Part shown: positions 10,193 through 17,759 of the stretch, piece by piece | Position numbering within the stretch: position 1 is the first letter of the stretch | How the letters are laid out: every line of letters begins with the position of its first letter | Assembly: GCA_020725385.1 (NCBI GenBank) | Contig: DYFC01000034.1 | Coordinates: 1 to 64,000, forward strand | Source: Nitrospira japonica | GTDB lineage: Bacteria > Nitrospirota > Thermodesulfovibrionia > Thermodesulfovibrionales > SM23-35 | Direction: 5' to 3' | Length of the DNA stretch: 64,000 nt | Made by a program: the position numbers and the translations under genes | Notes under the pieces: generated by a model | The model's database searches: none | Told to the model about the DNA's origin: nothing | What the model saw: only the letters and a program-made list of their open reading frames with translations

Positions 10193-11062
10193 ATGCAAAA
10201 TATAATTATTAACCTTAACAAACCTGTTAATATGTCCTCACAACAGGCTGTTACAAAAATAAAAAAGCTTTTTAATGCAAGAAAAGCCGGCCATTCCGGA
10301 ACTCTCGACCCTATTGCGTCGGGTATTCTTCTTGTGTGTCTTGATGAAGCAACAAAAGTAACAAGATTTCTTTCTGATATTGAAAAAGAATATGTTGTAA
10401 AAATGAAATTCGGGGAAAGAACCGATTCTTATGATTCAACCGGTAAGGTCATTGAAAAAAGACCATTTGATTTTCTTACCGAAAGAATGATTTTTGATAC
10501 ATTGAAAAAATTTACCGGTGCTATAAAACAAAAACCACCTTTGTATTCTGCCATAAAAGTAAAAGGTCAAAGATTATACAAACTTGCAAGAAAAGGGATA
10601 AATATTGATGTTCCTGAAAGAACAATAAATATTATGGAAATACAAGCATTAGCTTTTAATCCACCTTTTTTTGAATTTAAAGTTGTCTGTTCAAAAGGAA
10701 CATATATTAGAACATTATGCGATGATATTGGTATATCTCTTGGCACTGCCGCGCATGTGATTTCATTAATCAGGACGCGTATTGGAAGTTTTAATATACA
10801 GGATGCTTTTTCTTTTGGTGAGCCTGAAAATAAGTTAATTAACGCAATTTATTCAATTGATTCGGCTATTTCCCACCTTGAAGAAATAATTCTAAATCCA
10901 GAAGATTTCAAAAAGCTCAGAAATGGTTTTCCTTATGAAATAACAGACAAAAAAATGACTTTTAAGACTCATTATATCAGGTTAAAAACTCCTGAAAATA
11001 ATCTTCTTGGAATAGGCAAATTAGAGAATAATCTTGTCAAAATTGAGAGATTGTTAAACTAA
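10193..11062 (+). CDS. truB: tRNA pseudouridine(55) synthase TruB
   Basis: GHSGTLDP, Q.PPLYSAIK, CSKGTYIR motifs. Confidence 0.96.
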   Translation: MQNIIINLNKPVNMSSQQAVTKIKKLFNARKAGHSGTLDPIASGILLVCLDEATKVTRFLSDIEKEYVVKMKFGERTDSYDSTGKVIEKRPFDFLTERMIFDTLKKFTGAIKQKPPLYSAIKVKGQRLYKLARKGINIDVPERTINIMEIQALAFNPPFFEFKVVCSKGTYIRTLCDDIGISLGTAAHVISLIRTRIGSFNIQDAFSFGEPENKLINAIYSIDSAISHLEEIILNPEDFKKLRNGFPYEITDKKMTFKTHYIRLKTPENNLLGIGKLENNLVKIERLLN

Positions 11063-11145
11063 TTTATTAAGGTTTTTGGTGGATGTCCTTGTATTAAATA
11101 AAAAAAATACTTGACAAGAATATTTTTTTTTGTAATTATTAAGCT

Positions 11146-12183
11146 ATGTTATTTGGTGCAAAGAGCATTATCGGATTAGATATTGGCTCTGCGTATCTTA
11201 AGGTGGTTCAGCTTAAAGATACAAAAGCAGGCTATGAGCTTGAGCTACTTGATATGTTACAATTACCTCCTGAATTGATTGTAGATGGCTCTATTATTGA
11301 CTCTATCCGTCTTGTTGAGGCCCTCAGAGAACTCGCATCTAAAGCAAAAATCAAAGGCAAAGATGTTGTCATAAGCATGGCAGGACATTCAACTGTCATA
11401 ATCAAAAGAGTTTCTTTGCCTGATATGTCAGAAGAAGAATTATATGAATCAATTAAATTCGAGGCCGAGCAATACATACCTTTCGATATTGAAGATGTTA
11501 ATCTTGATTTTCAGATATTAGGGCCAAAAGAAGAACCCGGTCAAATGGATGTTATGCTTGTTGCGGTTAAGAAAGATATTATTAACGAATATCTATCGGT
11601 CGTTAAAGAAGCCGGTTTTAATTGCCAGATTGTTGATGTGAATTCATTTGCGCTCGAGAATATATATGAAATAAATTATGAGATCGAACCCAACAAAAAT
11701 ATTGCGCTCATAAATATTGGCGCCAGTACAATAAATATGAATATCCTTAAAGGTGGCATTTCAATTTTTACACGTGACAGTGCGGTTGGCAGCAATTTGC
11801 ATACCGAAGTGCTCCAAAGGGAATTTAATTTAACCTATGAAGTTGCCGAAAGACTTAAACGTGGAGAAGCGGTTGAAAACGTGCCGCCACAGGATGCATT
11901 TTCGGTTATGGAATTGGCATCCGAAGAAATAATCGGAGAAGTAAATCGCTCTCTTGAATATTTTCATGAAGATGTAAACGAGATTATTCTTAGCGGTGGT
12001 TGCGCTATTGTCAAAGACTTTCCTAAATTGCTTGCAGAGAAAACAGGTGTTGAAACAAAAGTAATACAGCCTTTTAAAAACATAAAAATACCTAAAAAAT
12101 TCGATACTGCATATATAGAAGAGATCGCTCCTATTTATGCGGTGGCTGCCGGACTTGCAATCAGGAGGCCAGGAGACAGATGA
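11146..12183 (+). CDS. pilM: Type IV pilus assembly protein PilM
   Basis: GLDIG, EAEQYIPF, LSGG actin-like motifs; first gene of pilMNOPQ. Confidence 0.95.
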   Translation: MLFGAKSIIGLDIGSAYLKVVQLKDTKAGYELELLDMLQLPPELIVDGSIIDSIRLVEALRELASKAKIKGKDVVISMAGHSTVIIKRVSLPDMSEEELYESIKFEAEQYIPFDIEDVNLDFQILGPKEEPGQMDVMLVAVKKDIINEYLSVVKEAGFNCQIVDVNSFALENIYEINYEIEPNKNIALINIGASTINMNILKGGISIFTRDSAVGSNLHTEVLQREFNLTYEVAERLKRGEAVENVPPQDAFSVMELASEEIIGEVNRSLEYFHEDVNEIILSGGCAIVKDFPKLLAEKTGVETKVIQPFKNIKIPKKFDTAYIEEIAPIYAVAAGLAIRRPGDR

Positions 12184-12719
12184 TAAAAGTTAACCTGCTT
12201 CCGGTAAAGAGAAAGAAAAAAGCAAAGCCTTTGCCGAAGTTTATAATAATCTCCGTTCTATCGACCGTAATTGTTTGTATTATTATGGCTTATCTCGCAT
12301 TTTTCTTTAGCTCTAAACTTTCACAGAAAAGAATTCAATTCAAAGAAAATGAAAGAAAGATTGCACAACTCAAAGAACAGATAAAAGCTGTCGATGATTT
12401 CGAAAAGAAGAATAAGATGTTCAAGGAAAGAAACGAAGTGATAGAGCAACTCAGCAAGAACAGGAGCGTTCCTGTAAAAGTATTGACTGAAATAAGTTCA
12501 CTTCTGCCGAAAGGTGTATGGCTGCAAGGCATGTCTGTCAACAACCAGAATATAAGCATAAACGGTTTTGGTTATACAAATTCAGAGATTGTTGCTTTTG
12601 TTGACAATCTCAAAGCTTCACAATTACTGACAGATGTATATCTCGAAGAATCAAAGAGCGCGGAGAAAGAAAAAATATCGGTTTATACTTTCAAATTATC
12701 ATGCAAGATAAAGGTATAA
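12180..12719 (+). CDS. pilN: PilN
   Basis: MIKVNLLP N-terminal motif, TM helix, coiled coil. Confidence 0.92.
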   Translation: MIKVNLLPVKRKKKAKPLPKFIIISVLSTVIVCIIMAYLAFFFSSKLSQKRIQFKENERKIAQLKEQIKAVDDFEKKNKMFKERNEVIEQLSKNRSVPVKVLTEISSLLPKGVWLQGMSVNNQNISINGFGYTNSEIVAFVDNLKASQLLTDVYLEESKSAEKEKISVYTFKLSCKIKV

Positions 12720-12720
12720 T

Positions 12721-13347
12721 ATGGCATTAAAATTGAACATAAATCTTAAAAACATTCCAACATATTTAAAGGTTATTCTTTCTTTTCTCCCTGCTGTAAT
12801 AATCATTATTCTCGTCGTATTTTTAATTATCCTTCCAAAACATAAAGAGATACAGGAACTTGAAACAAAAATAGCGTCGCAGGAAAATGAGATAGCAAAG
12901 AATCAGGCCAAAGCATCCAAACTTCCTGCATTGAAATTCGAAAATGAAAAACTCATGAAAAGACTCGAGGAACTTAAGCAGCAATTGCCCGAAGAAAAAG
13001 AAGTCAGCACCCTTTTAAAGCAGGTCTCTGATTTATGCATACGTTCGGGATTAAAAGTCAATTTGTGGAAGCCGGAAGCAAGAAGAAATCACCCGAGCGG
13101 TATTGTTTATGAAATACCTGTAAAAGTTGAGCTTTCCGGAAGCTATCACAGTCTCGGATATTTCTTTAGTAGTCTAACAAAATTAAACAGGATAGTTAAT
13201 GTGGCTGATTTCAAGCTTTCTGACCCAAAACCCGACAAAGGCTTTGCTGTAGTAAAGATAGCTTTTACAGCAACGACTTTCTCGTCTGTTCCGGAACAGG
13301 AAATATCCAAAGCAGGAGAAGCAAAAAAAGGTGAAAAGAAAAAATAA
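12721..13347 (+). CDS. pilO: PilO
   Basis: TM, coiled coil, LPEEKEV..LL, GSYH.LG.F, RIVN motifs. Confidence 0.92.
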   Translation: MALKLNINLKNIPTYLKVILSFLPAVIIIILVVFLIILPKHKEIQELETKIASQENEIAKNQAKASKLPALKFENEKLMKRLEELKQQLPEEKEVSTLLKQVSDLCIRSGLKVNLWKPEARRNHPSGIVYEIPVKVELSGSYHSLGYFFSSLTKLNRIVNVADFKLSDPKPDKGFAVVKIAFTATTFSSVPEQEISKAGEAKKGEKKK

Positions 13348-13852
13348 AATAGGTTTTGCTATCGCACTTTGTTTTTTAATTGCTTTTATTGCAGGCTGTA
13401 AGAAAGAACAGCCGGTAAAAAAACCTGCTGCTGAAAAAGTAAAACCTCCTGCAGTTGAGGTTCAGAAGCCTGCTGAAGAGGTTAAAAAGGAAGAACAACA
13501 GGAAGTTGTTTATGATGCAAAAGGTAAAAGGGATCCATTCCTTTCTCTTGTGGAAATAACAAAACAAAAACCTGTAAAGAAAAGAGGAGCAAGTCCTTTT
13601 GAAAGTTATGACATAGATGAAATAAAACTTCTTGCAATAGCATCGAGCAAGGAAAAATATTACGCCTTGATACGTCTTCCTGATAAGAAAAATTATACGA
13701 TTACCGAAGGTATGACACTCGGTCTTCAGGGAGGCAAAGTAGAAAAAATAACAAAAGATTCTGTAATCATAAGGGAATATGTAAAAGATTACAGGGGTGA
13801 AATAAAACCAAGAGATGCAATTTTGAAACTCCATAAGGGGGATGAAGAATGA
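13331..13852 (+). CDS. pilP: PilP lipoprotein
   Basis: Lipobox IAGC, RDPF motif, position between pilO and pilQ. Confidence 0.9.
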   Translation: MKRKNKIGFAIALCFLIAFIAGCKKEQPVKKPAAEKVKPPAVEVQKPAEEVKKEEQQEVVYDAKGKRDPFLSLVEITKQKPVKKRGASPFESYDIDEIKLLAIASSKEKYYALIRLPDKKNYTITEGMTLGLQGGKVEKITKDSVIIREYVKDYRGEIKPRDAILKLHKGDEE

Positions 13853-16125
13853 AGAAGATTTTTATAGATAAGAGAAGACATTTAATAAGACAGAGTTTCT
13901 CTCTTTTCAAGTTTAAACAATTTTATATCCTCAAAATGATTTCGGTCATGTTCATGCTCGGAGCTTTGTTTAATTTCCTGGGTTGTGCTTCATCTGGAAA
14001 CAAATCAGGAGAGACTTTAAAACCTGTTGAGCCAGCGGTTATAACGTCTATAGATATTCAGGATCATGCAATGATAATTACTGCCAGCAAACCTTTTATT
14101 TATACAATATATAAGCCCGGTGATCCTTACAAACTAATAATCGACCTTCCCGATGTATCTGCCGGAACATTTACGAAAAAGATTGTAGCAAGAAAAAGCG
14201 GGATTACCGAAGTAAGCCCTTCACAGATCACCACACCTTCACCTCTCACAAGAATAGAGATGCTTATGCAAAGCCCTTATTCTTATGAGCAGGAATATAA
14301 AAATAATGTTCTCACTGTGAAAATAAAAGAAGAAACGCCGGCTGTAAAGGCAGAACCATTAAGCGATGTCAAAGTCACAGAACTTATTCAGGAGCAAAAG
14401 AAACCTGTTCCTGTTGTAGAGAAAGTTCCGGATATGCCTTCTGTTCCATCTGTGCCTTTGCCGGATGCAACAGAAATAAATAATATTTCTTTTGATCAAT
14501 ACGGCAGGGTTGTAAGAGTAAAGATTAAAGGTAATGGCTCGATGGTCCCGAATGTTTTTCCGCTTGAAAACAGAATTGTTATAGATATTCCGAATGTTAA
14601 GTTAAATGCAGCTATTCCTTCGGAAGTAATGTCGCCTGTAAAAGGGATTCGTTCAGGAAGATATGATGACAAAGTAAGGCTTGTTCTTGATTTACAGGAA
14701 GATACAAACTTCGATGTTGCATCGATAAGCGATTCTATAATAATCAGTCTCCGGGGACGCGGTGAAGAAATACCAACTGCCCAGATGACAAGAAACATAC
14801 TTGCCGAAACAGAGAGCGCAGAACCTGTTTCAGCGCCTGTAAAAGTGCCCGAAGCTCTTGCAGGAAGTAAATGTCAATCATATCTTGAAGGAAAAGAAAA
14901 TGTAAACTTTGATTTTCAGGATCAGGACATAGTCCCTATTCTCAGGCTTTTTGCAGACATCAGTAATTGCAATTTGTTTCTGCATCCGGAAGTTAAAGGC
15001 AAAGCCACAATGAAGTTCCGTGATGTGCCATGGAATCAGGCTCTCGATACGATACTAAAAACCTTCAGCCTTGATAAATCTGTTGAAGGAAATGTAATAA
15101 GAATAGCTCCGAATACTGTATTTACAAGAGAGAAAGAGGAGAAAGTCAAACTTCAGGAAGCTCAGGTAAAAGCCGAGCCATTGGAACAGAGAATTTATCC
15201 TGTAAGCTACGCAGATGTCGGAATAGTTGAAAGTGCTATTAAGAAAGTATTGACACCAAGAGGCAGTATCAATGTTGACAAAAGAACAAGCACAATGGTT
15301 GTAAAAGATGTTGCTACTGTTTTCCCGGAAGTCGAAAATCTTCTAAAAACACTCGACAAACCAACACCGCAGGTTTTAATAGAGGCAAGGATTGTCGAAG
15401 TTAATACAAACAGCGAACGAGAACTTGGAATCCAGTGGGGCGTTAATCTCAAGACAACAAATACACTTGCATCTATCGGCGGATTAAGCGGGGTACCTTT
15501 GCTTTCAACAGGACCTTTTACGGGTGGAAACTATCTTGTTGATTTCCCGGCAAAAGGAGTTGGTCCGTTGTCAGGTTCGGGGTTTACATTTGGGATAATA
15601 GACCCGGCGCGTTCAATAGGTCTTGATTTACAGCTCTCTGCAATTGAGACAATGGGACATCTCAAGGTTATATCAAATCCTAAGGTATTAACGATAGACA
15701 ACGGCAAAGCAAAAATACTTCAGGGCAAAAGCATTCCTGTTAGAAAACTTACAACCGAAGGCACGGTATCAACAGAATTTAAAGATGTAACTCTTGAGCT
15801 TAATGTAACTCCTCATATAACACCTGATAGATCTATTAGCATGAGTGTAGAGATTAAAAAAGAAGAACTTGACCCAACAGTTCCATCTGTTGAAGGAGTG
15901 CCCGGTACCGATAAAAAAGAAGCTAATACAAATGTAATTATAAAAGATGGCGAAACAATTGTTATTGGTGGAATGTATAAAGTTACAACAAATGATTCTG
16001 AATCAGGTGTGCCGGGGTTAATGAAAATTCCGATACTCGGATGGCTTTTTAAATCTAATAAGGTTTCATCAAATACCAGTGAATTATTGATTTTCATAAC
16101 TCCGAGAATTTTAGATAAGCAATAA
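13849..16125 (+). CDS. pilQ: Type IV pilus secretin PilQ with AMIN domains (start may be downstream)
   Basis: QVLIEARIVE, VPGL.KIPILGWLF, ELLIFITPRI secretin motifs. Confidence 0.95.
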   Translation: MKKIFIDKRRHLIRQSFSLFKFKQFYILKMISVMFMLGALFNFLGCASSGNKSGETLKPVEPAVITSIDIQDHAMIITASKPFIYTIYKPGDPYKLIIDLPDVSAGTFTKKIVARKSGITEVSPSQITTPSPLTRIEMLMQSPYSYEQEYKNNVLTVKIKEETPAVKAEPLSDVKVTELIQEQKKPVPVVEKVPDMPSVPSVPLPDATEINNISFDQYGRVVRVKIKGNGSMVPNVFPLENRIVIDIPNVKLNAAIPSEVMSPVKGIRSGRYDDKVRLVLDLQEDTNFDVASISDSIIISLRGRGEEIPTAQMTRNILAETESAEPVSAPVKVPEALAGSKCQSYLEGKENVNFDFQDQDIVPILRLFADISNCNLFLHPEVKGKATMKFRDVPWNQALDTILKTFSLDKSVEGNVIRIAPNTVFTREKEEKVKLQEAQVKAEPLEQRIYPVSYADVGIVESAIKKVLTPRGSINVDKRTSTMVVKDVATVFPEVENLLKTLDKPTPQVLIEARIVEVNTNSERELGIQWGVNLKTTNTLASIGGLSGVPLLSTGPFTGGNYLVDFPAKGVGPLSGSGFTFGIIDPARSIGLDLQLSAIETMGHLKVISNPKVLTIDNGKAKILQGKSIPVRKLTTEGTVSTEFKDVTLELNVTPHITPDRSISMSVEIKKEELDPTVPSVEGVPGTDKKEANTNVIIKDGETIVIGGMYKVTTNDSESGVPGLMKIPILGWLFKSNKVSSNTSELLIFITPRILDKQ

Positions 16126-16140
16126 AATATTTAAAAATTT

Positions 16141-16325
16141 TGTCATTCCCGGGCTTGACCAGAGAATCCAGAAAGCACGGGACTGGATTCCCCGATTAAA
16201 TCGGGGAATGACATTATTCTTGACTGTCATACCATGACGTGATCGTGGTATCCAGTGATAAAGCTTAAAAACTGGATTCTTCAATCCCGCCATGAAAACG
16301 GCGGGCAGGTAAATCGGGGAATGAC
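16141..16325. repeat. Cluster of four family-A REP-like palindromes (GTCAT-stem-CTTGA-stem-ATCCAG) in inverted pairs
   Basis: Units at 16141-16171, 16183-16213, 16225-16255, 16272-16325. Confidence 0.9.
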
Positions 16326-16374
16326 GTAAGGAAGATGTGACATCCACGATAAATTGTGGAATTTAGAGGTAATC

Positions 16375-16563
16375 TTGAAATTCAATGAACTTATAAGATT
16401 ACTCGAAGAAAATGGTTTTAGAATTATAAAAGAAAAAGGCGCAATAAGGTATTACGGAAAACCCGGATGGAAAAACTTGATCAGAGTTGATTATCATGGC
16501 TCAAAGGAAGTACCGAAAGGGACGTGTCATGCTATACTTAAAGCAGCAGGTATTAAATTATAA
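16375..16563 (+). CDS. hicA: HicA-family toxin-like protein
   Basis: TTG start after AGAGGT; ELIRLLEENGF...HGSKEVPKGT..AILKAAG pattern; upstream of hicB-like gene. Confidence 0.8.
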   Translation: MKFNELIRLLEENGFRIIKEKGAIRYYGKPGWKNLIRVDYHGSKEVPKGTCHAILKAAGIKL

Positions 16564-16582
16564 CTATGGATGGAAAAAATAG

Positions 16583-16828
16583 ATGTTAGAATTAGAATAT
16601 TCTCTAATAATAGAAGCGACGGAAGATCCGGATTTTTTTGGTTTTTATTCTCCTGAACTTGAAGGTTTCTCAGGGATAGGGCATTCTATTGAGGATTGTA
16701 TATATAGGGCAAAATGGGGAATGATAGAGCATGTGAATTTATTGAAAGAAAAAGGATTGCCTGTTCCACCTAAAAATCCTGAACCAAGAATAATAATACA
16801 GAATGAACAGGCGATGGCAACTGCTTGA
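16583..16828 (+). CDS. hicB: HicB-family antitoxin (short, no DNA-binding domain)
   Basis: YSPELEG..GIG.SIED...A...L...GLPVP HicB pattern. Confidence 0.8.
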   Translation: MLELEYSLIIEATEDPDFFGFYSPELEGFSGIGHSIEDCIYRAKWGMIEHVNLLKEKGLPVPPKNPEPRIIIQNEQAMATA

Positions 16829-16908
16829 ATAAAATTAGGAGAAGATAAATATAAATAACATTTTTTAGTTTGTCATTCTCGGGCTTGAATGGATGAGAAA
16901 GGTAATAA

Positions 16909-17038
16909 ACAACCCCCTGACCCCCTTAACAAAGGGGGAATAAGGTGTGGACAAAGGGATTGCCTTATAAATTCCCCCTTATAAAAGGGGTTTACCTTAT
17001 TATATTCCCCCTTAGAAAAGGGGGATGAAGGGGGTTGT
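16909..17038. mobile_element. Family-B MITE/REPIN-like element (ACAACCCCCT...AGGGGGTTGT), flanked by family-A remnants
   Basis: Inverted arms made of CCCCCTT-N4-AAGGGGG hairpins; homologous to loci at 20964, 21586, 23843. Confidence 0.75.
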
Positions 17039-17133
17039 AAAAGGCTTTAAATTTTTGTCATTCTCGGTCTTGACCCGAGAATTATAGTATTTTAAAAATA
17101 ATGACTAATAATTTATAAATAAAAGGGGGTAAA

Positions 17134-17751
17134 ATGAAAAGGAGTCTATTGGAAGTTTTTCTTTTCTATACTTTTATAAGCCTTATTCTAACAGGCTGCG
17201 GCGGAGGTGGTTCTGGCTCTCCCGGTTCTTCAGGAAGCGAAAGCACAGGCATACAGATAAGCGCTGTCTCGATAACAAGCGAAAAAGGACCGGATTTTGA
17301 TGTTTTTTCTGCTCCTTTAGCCTGTCCTCCGGATAATCCTACAAAATCCGAAGCCCTTTTGACAAGAGAAGATGCAACGATAACAATAGACGCAACAGTT
17401 CTTAATCCGAGCAGCACATTTGACCCTTTTCCTGCAAGCGTTGAAGAATGCACCATAACATATTTAAAAGCCCGTGAAGACCCTTCAGCCCCTGTAATAG
17501 AATCATGGAAGATATATCCAAATTGTCCAATTTATGATTCGCCTTCCAACATATGCAATGTATCATTAATCGATATTACACGTAAAAATAAATTCTGGAC
17601 GGATATAAATGATGGTATCCATGTGCCCGCAGAATACCCAACACATTATGTAGCAAAATATCACTGCAAATATATGAATAGAGTAGGAAAGTATGGTTAT
17701 TTCGATGTTGAATATGATATGTGGCTTGCAGATTTCTTAATTTGTGATTAG
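17134..17751 (+). CDS. Hypothetical lipoprotein
   Basis: Lipobox LTGC, Gly/Ser tether, Cys-containing domain; GGGGGT RBS. Confidence 0.85.
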   Translation: MKRSLLEVFLFYTFISLILTGCGGGGSGSPGSSGSESTGIQISAVSITSEKGPDFDVFSAPLACPPDNPTKSEALLTREDATITIDATVLNPSSTFDPFPASVEECTITYLKAREDPSAPVIESWKIYPNCPIYDSPSNICNVSLIDITRKNKFWTDINDGIHVPAEYPTHYVAKYHCKYMNRVGKYGYFDVEYDMWLADFLICD

Positions 17752-17759
17752 GAGGAGCG

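Noticed and set aside
16909-17038. Family-B elements as integron attC sites (AAC...GTT ends)
   Set aside because: Ends do not match RYYYAAC/GTTRRRY, larger copies exceed typical attC size, and no integron integrase is in the window
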